This document shows positions 1-11,217 of a DNA stretch of 63,769 nucleotides, in pieces. Source of the stretch: Emiliania huxleyi CCMP1516 (lineage: Eukaryota); NCBI RefSeq assembly GCF_000372725.1, contig NW_005201123.1, positions 124,232-188,000 of the forward strand, given 5' to 3'. Every line of letters starts with the position of its first letter. Position 1 is the stretch's first letter. The notes under the pieces were generated by a model, which saw nothing but the letters and a program-made list of their open reading frames with translations, was not told the DNA's origin and did not search any database. A program made the position numbers and the translations under genes.

Positions 1-1493
1 GGACGGGCCCCGACCGGCTCTACGCGGGCGCAGGCGCCGTACCCCGCCGACCGACTGCGCGAGGTGTGAGCAGCGCCTTTTTCACAGCTGTAGCCGTGAA
101 AAGGCCCCGTAGGACGACGGCCTCTCCGAGTGCAACGGAATGCAGCACTACCGGCATGAGGGTGGCGGCCGCCGCCCTCGCCACCCCCTCGCCATCGCCG
201 AGGGCTCCCGACGCTCCACCGCCCCACCCGCGAGCCATGCCATGTCCCGCCACGCCGCGCCGCAGGTCCTCCGCCGCCTCGGCCACTCCCAGCCAAAGTC
301 GGAGCGCGGCAAGGCGATCAAGCGCCTCTCGCGGGTGCTGCTGCGCGGAGGCAAGGCGGCGCTCAGCCTCGTGCCCAGCCCACTCCGCCCAAGGTCTGCG
401 GACCCCCAGTCGTATGCGCACCTCTCCTCGGCCGCCTCCCTCTCCGCCCCGCCCTCCACGGCGGTGGGCGACCGCACGGCGCCGCAGATTGCCGCGTACG
501 AGGCGAGGTCGGAGAGGGAGGCGGCCGAGCTGTACCGCGCCCTAGATGCCTCGAGGTCGGATCTGCCTCTAGCGAGCCCTCGAGAGTGCACTGGTGCACT
601 CTCCTCCGCCCACTGTTGTCCTCCGTACTCGCGCCGTGCATATTCGCAGTTTGTGTCTCGGACTCCGTTGCACTCACGCGCCGACGTGGCCCCGATTTGC
701 CACTGCAGGTATCGCTCCCTGGCGGGAGAGGAGCTGCAGCAGAGGTGCGGCGCCGCCCGCCCGACTAGCTAGCTGGCCGGCAGTGCGAGACAGCTAGCTA
801 GGGAGGCGGCGCGGGCCACGCTGCTCGATTGCAGCGAGGCGGGGAGGCGGGGAGGCGGGCGGAGAAGGGGGGGGGGGGTCCAGTCACACCTCGCCAGCTC
901 GGGGCAGCCGAGCGGCGGGCCACGTGCGCCTCCTCCCCAGAGACGGTCGACGCGGCCAGAACCCGCCTCGCCGCAGGGCCGTCGTCGAGGACGAGTCCTC
1001 TCTCCTCGCCACCTCCGCCTCCCCGCCGACGGCCTTTCGTGGCGTCCCTCCCCCGATCGCCACGGCCGGCAGGGCGCCGCGCCGCCGCGAGAGCTGAGTG
1101 CCGCGGCTCTCACCCTGACCCCACCACGTGCGCGTAGGCGGACAGCCGCGGCGGGGACGGGCGCGAGTCGGGGTGGAGCGTGGCGGGATCGATCGAGTCG
1201 TTGGTGCCGCTACGCCCTTGACCCTAAAGCCTGGCCTGTCCCGTGACCTCACCATCCTCCCCTCCCCTGCAGCCTCCTCTCCCCTGCAGCCTCCTCTCCC
1301 CTGCAGCCTCTCCTCCTCCCTGACCCTCAGCCGGGCAAGCCCCCCATCACCCGACCCACCCCACCACCCACCCCCCGCGGCGGCTCCAGAGGGCGGGGTC
1401 TGTGGGGGTAGGTGGCGCTGCAGCGCTCCACCTCGGAGCAGATGGGCGCGCTGCAGAGGCGCGGCGCCACCATATTTCGCTCCCCCCCCCCCC

Positions 1494-1593
1494 NNNNNNN
1501 NNNNNNNNNNNNNNNNNNNNNNNNNNNNNNNNNNNNNNNNNNNNNNNNNNNNNNNNNNNNNNNNNNNNNNNNNNNNNNNNNNNNNNNNNNNNN
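1494..1593. other. assembly gap (100 N)
   Basis: Run of 100 Ns directly after a poly-C tract. Confidence 0.99.
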
Positions 1594-2067
1594 CAGCCAT
1601 CCTTGCCGCCTACCCCGCCGCCGCCGTCGCCGGGGGAGGGAGGATGGCGCGGGGAGGCGCCTCTCTTCACACGCCGCCGGCTGGAGCGCCACCGCAGGCA
1701 GCTCGAGGCGCTGCAGGAGATGCAGCGCAAGCAGCTCGACCACGCCCGCCGCGAGTCCACCTTGCCGCGCGAGACGGAACTGCAGGTCTTGCTGCCGCGC
1801 CACCGCTCGCCGGGGGCGCCGCCGCAGCTGCCGCAGTCGGCGTCGGTGGACGCTCGGCTGGGGAGCGTTGCCGACCTCAGCCTCTCGTCGCGCGCACTCA
1901 CCGATGGGGCGGAGGAGCCGGCCGATGGGGCTCCCGAGGCTCCGCCGAGGGAGGAGCCAGGCGAGAGCCGCGGGTCGGACGAGACGGGGTGGCGGGCGGC
2001 GATCGTGGCGAACACAGCCCCGCAGCACTTTGCTCCGGTGCAGCAGCACCCGCAGGCCCCCTACTAG
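1594..2067 (+). CDS. 3' part of a hypothetical protein (5' part lost in or upstream of the gap)
   Basis: Open frame QPSLPP...LERHRRQLEALQEMQRKQLDHARRE...QAPY* with a coiled-coil-like segment, followed by AT-richer 3'UTR-like sequence. Confidence 0.4.
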   Translation, partial: QPSLPPTPPPPSPGEGGWRGEAPLFTRRRLERHRRQLEALQEMQRKQLDHARRESTLPRETELQVLLPRHRSPGAPPQLPQSASVDARLGSVADLSLSSRALTDGAEEPADGAPEAPPREEPGESRGSDETGWRAAIVANTAPQHFAPVQQHPQAPY

Positions 2068-2232
2068 CTCTGTAGGCCACACCGTGAACTTAGAAGTAGC
2101 ATCGAGAAAAATATATGTCTTATGTGCTCGCTGCGTTCATTATTGTTTGCTACTACACTGCGTGAGCGTGTACAGTAACCGATCTCTGGCGCGGGCGAGG
2201 CCGCCGCGTACCAAAGAAAGGAGGAGAGAGAG

Positions 2233-3960
2233 CTGAGCCCTGCCGCTGTCAGGCTGTCAGGTGCTGACTGCTGTCAGGTGATCTGTCGGGCTGTCGGGCA
2301 GCTGTCAGGCACTGTCAGGTGCCTCTGTCAGACCAGCTGTCGGGTGCTGTCAGTGCTGTCGGGTGCTGTCGGGTGCGTGTCTGACATCAGAGGGGATCTG
2401 TAGCTGTCGGGTGCTGTCGGAGCTGTCGGGTGTTGCTGTCAGACGCTGTCGGAACTGTCAGAGCTGTCAGGCTGCTGCTGCTGTCAGACGTTGGGCTGTT
2501 GCTGTCAGGTGCTGTCAGGTGGTGCTGTCGGGGTGCTGTCAGGCTCTGACACACACCAGCCACACTTATGACATTATCAAGAGGAGACCAGCAGGACTCT
2601 GCTGCACATACTCTAGTCTCTACTCTGCCTCCGGTCCCACCATCTTCTTCATGGTGGACGTCACCATCTTCTTGTCTGCCGCACTGAGAGAATAGCAGAG
2701 AGGCAGGGGGGAGTGCTTCTTCAGGTACACCTTGCTGATGATCTGGTAGTTGCTGGTCCAGCGGAAGGCCTCCCCATCGTTGTCGCTCGTCAGCTTGTAG
2801 TACTTGCACGCTCTGTTCTGGTAGCGCGGGCCGTCTGGGGGGGTCCCGTCACCCTTCACCTCACGGTACCACCGGAGGATAAAGAGGCCCTTGGGGTCGT
2901 TGATGAAGACCCCGTTGCTGCGCTGACTCATCGAGAGCTGGCGCAGGTACTCTGCGCTCGAGCTGCCAGTGGCGCGGCGCGCGTCTACCGTGCCGTCGGC
3001 GACGGCCACCTGCTCGATGTTGCCAATGGCAAAGACCTTGGATCTGTCCTCCATGGTGAAGAGCACCGCAACTGCGGAGAGAAAGAGAAGAGGGAGAGAT
3101 GAGAATGCACGTCTTATGTGTGTGTGTGTGACAGGCGGCAAGGGCGTGGTCACCGTCATCATCATCCATGTAGAAGTCGAGCTCCTCATCCACATCCTCG
3201 CCTCGCTGCTGATGGGACTTGATGAGCCGCTTGACGTGGAAGCGGAGCTTGCGATCCTGTCACTCCTCCTGGATGGAGACGTTGAAATCTGCCAGCAGCT
3301 TACGGATCTCCTCAAAAACTCTGCGCTGCTGCCCTCCTCGCCGCCGGTTGGAGGCGCCACGTTGGCCCCCGTCCGCATCAGCTGGTTCAGCACGGCCTCG
3401 GCATCTGCAGCATCCTGTGCGCCCATGGCGGTCAGCTCGGCCGGCTCAGCATCGGGTGTGCCGTTTGGATCATCCTCCTTCTCTCCCGGCTCCTCCAGCA
3501 ACGCGCCACCCTGGACATAGGTGTCAGCCAGAGGAAAGTGCAAGCACGGCTGCTTGAAGAAGCCGGTCTGTGCACAGAGGTTGGCGCGGACTCCACAGAA
3601 TCGAAGGCGCGGACCACATACACATGTCTTTGCATGTAATAGTTTTGCTATACCCTCATGGGACACAAGAAAGAGGCTGTACGGCCTGAGTACGGTCTGT
3701 GCTGCTGTCGGGCTGGTCGGGCTGTCGGGCTGTCAGCGCTGCTGTCAGGCCGCTGTGTGCTGTCGGGCTGTCGGGCAGCTGTCAGGCTGTCACGTTAGGG
3801 CCTGACAGCGACGGGACGCCTCTGATGTCAGGCTCTGCTGTCAGGCTGTCAGAGACGTGCTGTCAGACTGTCGGAGAAAGTGCTGTCAGCGCTGTCAGGC
3901 TGTCGGGCACTGTCAGGCGCTGTCCGGGGTTTGCTGTCAGGCCGTCAGACCAGGGCTCAG
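2233..3960. mobile_element. non-autonomous DNA transposon with 10-bp TIR, apparent 9-bp TSD and CTGTCRG subterminal arrays
   Basis: CTGAGCCCTG at 2233-2242 and CAGGGCTCAG at 3951-3960. GAGAGAGAG lies on both flanks (2224-2232, 3961-3969). Dense CTGTCAG/CTGTCGG repeats at about 2245-2550 and 3700-3950. Confidence 0.75.
2620..3666 (-). pseudogene. degenerate ORF inside the transposon (possible transposase C-terminal remnant or captured gene)
   Basis: 348-codon frame. An alternative frame at about 3140-3330 reads more protein-like (FEEIRKLLADFNVSIQEE*QDRKLRFHVKRLIK...DEELDFYMDDDD) but has an internal TGA, implying decay. Confidence 0.4.
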
Positions 3961-4271
3961 GAGAGAGAGACGCGCGGTGTCCGGTGAATTGAATAAAAAT
4001 GGCGCCGGCTTTCCCGTTCGCGCGCGCGGGTGTGATGTGTCGACGGGGCGGCTTCGCCGCCGAGTGAGCGGCGCGCTGCGCGCGCAGCTGCATGCCTCTG
4101 CGCCCACCGCCTCGTGCGGCATGGAGCCATGGTCCCCTGTGGCACGGCACTCAAAGGTCTCGTCAACTCCGCGGACCGCGCCCGGGGTGCATGCGCGCCC
4201 TTAGCTATGTGAGTGTCGGTGCTAACCCTAGCCCTAGCCTCCCACGCCTGAGCTAGCCCTAGCTGTGTATG

Positions 4272-4477
4272 CTAACCCTAACCCTAACCCTAACCCTAAC
4301 CCTAACCCTAGAACCCTTACCTGTCTCGCCACTCATCTCTGACCGGAAGGTTCCGTGTAACCCTAGCTCCGCTCGGCCCTAACCCTAGCCGGGCTCCCCG
4401 GGCAATCTCTCAACCCTAGCTAGCCCTCGAAGCTAGCCCTAGCCCTAGCCCTAGCCCTACCTAGCCCTAGCCCTAGC
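4272..4477. repeat. interstitial telomeric repeat (CCCTAA)n plus degenerate (CCCTAG)n
   Basis: About 6.5 perfect CTAACC units at 4272-4310; CCCTAG variants at about 4435-4477. Confidence 0.9.
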
Positions 4478-4789
4478 AAAGGCCGGGAATGGACCCCCAC
4501 CGTTGCTGGTCCAATCAACGTGGCGTTTGCTTGACCCAGTCCTACTAGGATACAAGGGGAGGTCTCACCGCGTATGTCTAAACCCTCGCGCTCGCTATCT
4601 CGGGCCGCGCCAAAGGTGAATTGAGCCGGTGTGCCGCCGCGCGAGCGACGCTCCGAGAGTGCCCGAGATAGCGAGCGGTGGGTGGGGTGTGTGTGTGTTT
4701 GGGGGGGGGGGGGGTCGGGGGGGGAGTCGACAGAGGTGTGCTAGTCGCTACAGTCGGACGTCTGTTGGTGTCGTGTGAGGGAGGACCGG

Positions 4790-5052
4790 TAAAATTCTTT
4801 TGTGTGCGGGAGTTTTGCGCAAAATTCTTTTGTGTTAGTGCCAGTGCGCGCCAGTCCCGTGCCCAGTGTTGTGCGAGGGAGTTTTGTTGTAAAATTCTTT
4901 TGCCTGTGATAGTACTAGCACGCGCCAGTTCGCACCTGTGTCGAGCCTGTCTGCTGTGAGAGAGAGTTCGGTTGTTTAAATTCTTTTGTCAGAGAGGCGG
5001 CTTTTAAGAATTCTTTTGTCAGAGAGGCTTGCGCTTCAAGAATTCTTTTGTC
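4790..5052 (+). repeat. clustered AATTCTTTTG motif (6 copies) upstream of the SDR gene
   Basis: Motif recurs at about 4793, 4822, 4892, 4979, 5009 and 5041. Confidence 0.75.
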
Positions 5053-5106
5053 AGTCGGCGGTCACACGAGGTGCCAAACAGGGCCCCACCGAAAGCTCCC
5101 AGTTAC

Positions 5107-6248
5107 ATGAGGCGCACCCTGCTATTGGGCACGGCGGCCTGCGCGTCTGGCCTCGTGCTAGGCAGTGGCGGCGGTGTCCGCGCTGTGCGAGCGCAGGCCG
5201 CGTCGATGAGCTCCTCCGACGAGCGCGTGTTCTCCCTCGCCGACCAGGTGGCCCGGTTCGCGCGTGCAAAGGAGGAGAACAACCGCCGGTACCTGGACAT
5301 CGACACGGTGTACGACGGCTCCTACCTCAAGGGCAAGCGCGTGCTCGTGACCGGCGGCAACCAGGGGCTTGGCCTCGCAATCGTGCGCGAGCTCGTGGCG
5401 CAAGGAGCCGAGGCGGTGGTGGTCGGCCGCCGCAGCTCTCCCGACCTCGACGCGCTCGGGTGCCAGGTCATCACGGGTGTGGACGTGACGGACGAGGCGG
5501 CGGTCAAGGGCAAGATGGTGGACGAGCTGGGCGAGCCCGTCGATTACGTCATCAACAACGCCGGGTATTTTCCGGACATCACCGACTCGGTGCGCCACGC
5601 CCGCGCCTGTGCGCCTGAATGACGTCACGCCACACTCCGTGAAACGACACCGAACCCCGTACTCCCCGCACCCCGCGCCGGGCGTCCCCACGTGCCTCGC
5701 GGACCGTCCGAAGGTGGCGGACGGCATGATGTTCTCCGAGCAGCTCAAGCAGATCGACATCTGCGCGCTCGGCCCGCTTCGCGTCTCAGAGGCCCTCGTC
5801 AAGGCCGGCAAGGTGCGCGGCGCCATCGTCGTCATCTCGTCGCAGGTGGCTTTGCGCCGCGCCCGGCACCCCGCGAACCCGCGTCGACGCTCTCCACACG
5901 CCGCCTTGCGCGGCGCTCGGTCTCTAGGCGGGCTCGGCCGAGTGGCGCACGACCCAAAACGCAGACGAGGGGGGCGACTACGGGCACCACATGTCGCGCG
6001 CCGCCTGCAACATCGGCGGCGTGCTGCTCGCCGAGGAGCTCAAGAAGCGCGGCGTGCCCGTGCTGCTGCTCCACCCCGGCTTCAACAAGACGGGGATGAC
6101 CTCCAAGTACTCTCACATCTGGGAGGTTGAGGGGGCGGTCGACGCGGCCGTCGGCGCGAAGCGGGTGCTGCACGAGGTGCGCGGCGCAACCATGGAGCGG
6201 ACGGGCCAGTTCATCAACTGCGAGGACGGACTGCGGATCCCGTGGTGA
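5107..6248 (+). CDS. short-chain dehydrogenase/reductase (CsgA-like), probably plastid-targeted; exons 5107-5589, 5714-5845, 5928-6248
   Basis: TGGNQGLG Rossmann motif, [24 protein letters not shown]-terminal [14 protein letters not shown]. Two GT-AG introns restore the frame. N-terminal signal/transit-like peptide. Confidence 0.9.
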
Positions 6249-6932
6249 TGTCTGGCCGCGGCAGCGTTCGGCCAGCGCCGCGTCTCGGCACTCGGGGAGA
6301 GCGGATGCGGCCGCTTTGGAGCGACACCTGCTGCTGGGCGGTGTAGGGGCGGAGTAGTACACGTACAAAAAGGGAGAGTATTGAGCGAATTCGTGTGTCG
6401 ATCACGTTTCCGGGGCGCGTCGCCGCGCCCCGCGGCGGCCGCCGCGGAGCCGAGCCGCTTTCGCTGCGTGCCGCTGCGCAATAAAACCACCTTCGGTTTC
6501 GTCGCCAAGAGTGTACTCTTGGGCCCCGAACCCGAATAAAAAAACGTGAACCCCGCTTCGAGTGTATCTCGAGTGTTGCTATGGAGCGTCCGTTTCAACA
6601 CGCGCTCGCGCGCTTGCGTCTGCTGGCCCCCAGAGAACATGTTGCACCACAAGCTCCCGGCGGAGCCCAACTGCTCGCACTCGACAAGGCAGTCCATCCA
6701 CTCGCGGCAGCTGAAGTCGAACTTCCACTCGATGCGGCTCGCGCCGGGTTGTGAGCTCGGCGAGCGAGGTCGGAGAGCGACCTCAGTTGGCCCAAGCCGC
6801 ACGCCACTGAGGCAGAGCGGCCGTGCGCGTACGACGCCGTACGCGCACGGCCACTCTGCACCGACCGCAGCGCTGCATTGCGACCGCAGAGGCTCAGCTC
6901 AGCCAGGGCTCCTGCAGCGTGCACCTCGATCC

Positions 6933-7124
6933 CTTAGGGGACCCCTAGGGTTCTGAGGGCCGGATTTTTTAAGACCTTTTAAGAAACGAGGAGGTTTGGG
7001 GGCTTAACTTGCCATTTAAGAGATTGCAGGCACGGGGGGTCCCTCTTTTAAGACCGTTTAAGAATTTTAAGAAAATCGGCCTCACCGGCATGCGTCGCTG
7101 GGTTCCGCGCCGTTTTCTCCAATA
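6933..7124 (-). mobile_element. truncated copy of the 500-bp MITE at 21268-21767
   Basis: Reverse-complement match to about 21582-21767, including the terminal CTTAGGGGACCCCTAGGGTTCTGAGGGCCGG. Confidence 0.85.
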
Positions 7125-7425
7125 AAAAGAAATTTTCCCGCGGAAATCACGATGTCAACCCTCCCCAAATGGGTGATCTGATGCTTGTAGGGCTTGAGAG
7201 TGGCCTGCCATGTCACAAGAAGGACTGTGGTTGCAGGAGAGTACCACCAACCATCACTCTAGTTGGTATAGTACCCCACCTTCACCCCTCCCATGATTTC
7301 TTTTTTAGTTTCCCATAAGTAAGGTAGGTAGGTAGGTAGGTAGGTAGGGGCACCGCAGGGGCCGGTCAGGTTTTTCCAGAATTTCAGCATCAGGGCCGCC
7401 CAAGCAAAAATAAACGCCACCTGAG

Positions 7426-7541
7426 CCAGCTGGCTGCCACACCCTGAGTTGGCGTACACCTAACTCAAGGCCACATCCTCTCTGTCGCCCCCCCCAGCAC
7501 TCCAAGGTGCCAAGAGAACAAACAAGGGCACAATAAACAAC
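7426..7541 (+). repeat. dispersed repeat of about 115 bp, second copy at about 35835-35955
   Basis: GCCAGCTGGCTGCCAC...CCCTGAGT..GCGTACAC..AACTCA.GGCCACATCCTC..TGTCGCCCCCCCCAGCACTCCA.GGTGCCAAG..CAAACAAGGGCACAA is shared. Both copies are preceded by a (GGTA)n tract. Confidence 0.85.
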
Positions 7542-7595
7542 TATCGACTCCCACCCCGCTCGAAAACCGAACCCACCAAAGTCGGGCAGTGGTCG

Positions 7596-9123
7596 ATGCT
7601 GCAGGACCCTGGGCGTAGCAGAAGGCGACGGCAGGGCGGGCGAGCACAGCTCTCTCCAAACCGTACGACTACCGCCGCGGGCATATTTCACGTGTGGCTC
7701 GGCTCAGCCTGGCCTCCCTACCTGAACCTCGTCCTGCATGCCGCCGCGGCAAATCGCCGCGCAACCTTCTACTTTGTCGGACCCCCGCTGCCGCCGGGCA
7801 GCGCCATCGGCAACGTCGTCTCGCTCGACGGCCGGAACGGGACCCTGCTCCGAGAGAGGATAGCAACGCACCTCGGAGTGTCCATCCGGCTGACCCACCG
7901 CAAGATGTGCGATCTGAAGCCCACGTGGCCGGCGCTCTTTCCCGAGCTGGCATCGCGCCTGCCTCGCCGTCCCGTTTCCCATCCCGCCGCCCCTCACCCA
8001 CGCCACCCTGGCGCGCCTCCTAGGCGCGGCTGCACGAGTGGGTCGGGTTCTCGGATCTGGACGTAGTGTACGGCGACCTCGACGGCGAGATTGCACGCCT
8101 GCAGGAGGGGGACGAGCTGCTCGTCCCAGCGGGCATGTACCCGCAGCCCCTCGCCAACGGCAACCTGATGCTCTTCCGCTCAACCCACAAGCTACTACAC
8201 GCTTGGGAGCGGATCCCCGGCTGGCGCACGGCGAGAGCGCCCGCCCTCGCGCCGCCATCGCCGCCGCCTCTGTCCTCACCCGCGTCGCGCCTCGATCAGG
8301 CGCTCGCAGACCCGCGCTACCGCGCGCTCGACGAGTGGTGGGGCGTGCGCCCCTCCTTCTCCGACATCCTGTACGACATGACGCTGGACGGCAACCTCGT
8401 CGCCAGGTATTCAGTGATGCACCCTCGACTGAGTAGAGAACTCATGGCCACCGTTCGTCGGTGAGGTGATGAGAGACATTCGTGTAGGCCGACGGCGCGG
8501 CCGCTGGTGGTCGACGTGATCAACCTCTTCAGCGGCAAGGAGTGGAGGGGGACGTTGCGTCTGGCTCGCCCCGCCCCGTCGCGACAGTCCACGAGGCTGC
8601 AATAGGACCGGGCCGCGCAGCAGGAAGTCGCGTTCTCGAGGCGCAGCGCCCAGTGTCCCTTCCCTCCGCCCGGGGCCGCCTCGGCTCCTTCACGTCCTCC
8701 CGCCGCGGGCAGGCGCGAGGTGCCGTTGGACGGCCTCGGCGCCACGTTCAACGCCACGCTCGCGCGCGGCCGGCTCATGGTCGAGCGACGCGGGCCTTGC
8801 GTGTGCGCGAGGGACGCTATTGTCTCGCAGCTGGGCACGTCCAGCCTGGCCACGTGCGCCGAGTGCACGCGACACGGCAGCGCTTCGGAGCGCGCCGGCA
8901 TGCTGGCGCGCGCTGACCCTTCCTCCCCCACGGAATAGGCTTTCACATCGGCCAGGCCGGCCGCAACATCAGCCGCCGGGTGGAGGTGCTCGGTTTGCAC
9001 TTCATGTCGCTCAAGCGCGCGGCCGCTTGGACGTCCCCCGCACCGTCGTGCGGCGAGCACGAAAGCGTCGGCCTGTCGCGGCGAGGGGTATCATGCACAC
9101 GTTGCGAGAGAAGGTGCGAATGA
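7596..9123 (+). CDS. DUF6625-like putative glycosyltransferase, multi-exon (start uncertain)
   Basis: Segments FHVWLGSAWPPYL, RKMCDLKPTWPALFPEL, WVGFSDLDVVYGDL (DxD), NGNLMLFR, ALDEWWG and C-terminal VLGLHFMSLKR resemble the KLCDxKP...WGxxDxDxxxGDL signature of DUF6625. Exon joins judged by eye. Confidence 0.6.
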
Positions 9124-9907
9124 GCGTTTGAGAGGAGAGAATACCAGGGAATAAATAAATAAATAAAACGGTCAAACTCTGAGACGAGATGGGATTAAAG
9201 GGACATGCACAACATGCACAACATACATGTACATGTGTCCCCGGACCCCGCCCTGCACGATCTTGGTGTGAGGGATCTTCAATCCGTGTCCCCTCACCCC
9301 TCGTCACAACCCGACACGCGGCGAGGCGGAAGAGCGGCAAGAGTTCGTGGGGCTGCGGCTACGGCTGCGGCTACGAGAGGGGCCGGGGTCGCGGGAGAGC
9401 CGCTGCGCCGCGTGGACGCGCCTACACACCGCTCTTGGTCTTGCTCCGCTCGCCACCTCTCGCAAAGGTCAAAGCCATATAGCCACCACGGCTAGTTCCA
9501 TTTCACTCTGACACGCTAATCTTGAAAACGTCCAACGGAGCTCCGTGTTGCTCCCAGCGCCCTCCCCCGCGCTTCCTGCGGCCCTAGCCGATGGTACTAG
9601 CATGGGAGGTCATCTGGCTACCGCGAGAGCGACCCAACTCGTCGACATCGTCCGATGATGGTGCCTCAAAGTCAGCCTCCGGCAAGTCTCCTTTCGCCGT
9701 CCCTCCACGCCTGGAAGACCTCGTCGTCATAGCCGTATTGCATCACAGCCTGCTGAACTGCGTCGTGTACGACCCCTGCCGTCCTATCCTGCGCCTCAGC
9801 GTCGGAAAAGTCGAACTCGGAGTCATACTCGGAAGCAGGCACAGACGAGAGTGATATATATTGACGAGAGTAAATTTGATTCCGCGGTTCTTCTGCGTTC
9901 TCGGTTC

Positions 9908-9964
<57 letters not shown>

Positions 9965-9977
9965 GACTGAGAGAGAG
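9908..9977. repeat. (TG)n/(GA)n microsatellite
   Basis: TG run followed by about 20 GA units. Confidence 0.95.
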
Positions 9978-10524
9978 ACCGAGAGGCGAGAGGACCGCGG
10001 TCAGCGCTCGCGACGGTGAGTCGCGCGCGGTGCGCGCGCACGCACAGAGAGCAGTCAGCATGCGGACTGCGACCCCGGGTGTACGACTACGACCGTACTC
10101 TACAGTCACGCCGCGCCAGCCGCGTGACCGCGCGAGCTCGCTAGCACCCACCCAGCTCCCAGGCAGCTAGCAGCTACCCAGCTACACACGACAGCGGGGC
10201 CGGTTGGGCGGGGCCTTTTTTTTTGTTTTTGCGTGCGTAGAGAAAGGTAGTAGAGTCTAGAGAGTGCTCACGCGAAAAGAGCGAAGAGAAATCATAAGCG
10301 AGGTACACGAACCAGTATACAGTGCGCACAAGGCGAACAGGAGGACCACACAGGAGGAAGCCCGCCGTCGCGTGCGCTGTGCGGTGCGCGCGCGGGCCGG
10401 AACCTCTGTTGCGCTCCACCAATCGCTCGCACAGACTCACCGCGCACAGTCGGACGAAGGGAGGGTTGGCACCCACTATTCGGTACGCCGCCCGGACCGA
10501 GTCAGCGAGGCCAATCTCCAATCA

Positions 10525-11217
10525 TCAGGCGGGCGGGTGGCCGTCGCCAGCGTCGCCGATGAGGAGGCGGGAGAGGGTGAGCGACAGTTCACGCTCTATG
10601 CGTAGCATGGGGGGCGGCATGGGCGGCATCGAGGATGGCAGGTGCAGCTTGAAGAGCTTGGACGGGTCGAGCGCCTTCAGCTCGTTGAAGTTGTAGATGC
10701 CGAGGCCCGCCTCGTCAGGGACGATCACGATGCCGCCTCCCGCTCGCACGATGTACGCCTTCAGGAGCGCGACGAAGACGGTCGCGGCGACGAGGACGCC
10801 ACCAGCCTGCCGAGGACGAGGGTGTCGGCCGAACGGAGCGAGTGCGCAGACGGGGCATGCGAACGAAGCGAGTGCGCAGTTGGGGCATGCGGAGGTCTCG
10901 GTTGCCACCTCTTCCAGGCGCTGTCGCACGCTCGGCGCTGTGACGCTCCGTCGCGCCTCGCGGCGGAGAGTCTGCCACCAGCCCTCCGCTATGGCATCGG
11001 AGCGGAACTGCCTCCAGGAGTCGTCCGCGTCGATAAAATTTTCCTCCTCCTCCTCCTCCTCAAACTCGGATGCAATTGGTGGCCGCGTCCGTGCGCACCT
11101 CGTGAACGCGGTACTTGCGATATTTCGCGGCGCGCCACGAAGTGCGCTTCCGTGAACAAGAAACAAGCACTTCGCCTGGACAAAACAAAGCAGCAAACAC
11201 GCGAGGCGCACCGCCAT
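10525..11217 (-). CDS. hypothetical protein with signal/transit peptide and one TM segment
   Basis: MAVRLACLLLCFVQAKCL... presequence, acidic EEEEEE stretch, TM-like GGVLVAATVFVALLKAYIV. Possible in-frame intron at about 10808-10905. Confidence 0.55.
   Translation of the reverse strand: MAVRLACLLLCFVQAKCLFLVHGSALRGAPRNIASTAFTRCARTRPPIASEFEEEEEEENFIDADDSWRQFRSDAIAEGWWQTLRREARRSVTAPSVRQRLEEVATETSACPNCALASFACPVCALAPFGRHPRPRQAGGVLVAATVFVALLKAYIVRAGGGIVIVPDEAGLGIYNFNELKALDPSKLFKLHLPSSMPPMPPPMLRIERELSLTLSRLLIGDAGDGHPPA

Noticed and set aside
20..1490. Overlapping long ORFs on both strands before the gap
   Set aside because: Mostly GC-driven open frames. Some exon-like pieces exist (about 240-545, +) but no defensible gene model or domain.
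2245..2550. CTGTCRG repeat arrays as a possible CRISPR array
   Set aside because: Units are 7-9 bp with irregular spacing and no unique spacers of constant length. There are no cas genes, the context is eukaryotic, and the arrays are explained as transposon subtermini.
6113..6802. 229-aa minus-strand ORF overlapping the SDR 3' end
   Set aside because: Non-ATG start, antisense overlap and no recognisable motif; at most a gene fragment truncated by the MITE.
10830..10900. CPNC...CPVC as a zinc-finger or heme motif
   Set aside because: It comes from a short tandem duplication (CGCATGCCCC...CTGCGCACTCGCT) that probably lies in an in-frame intron.
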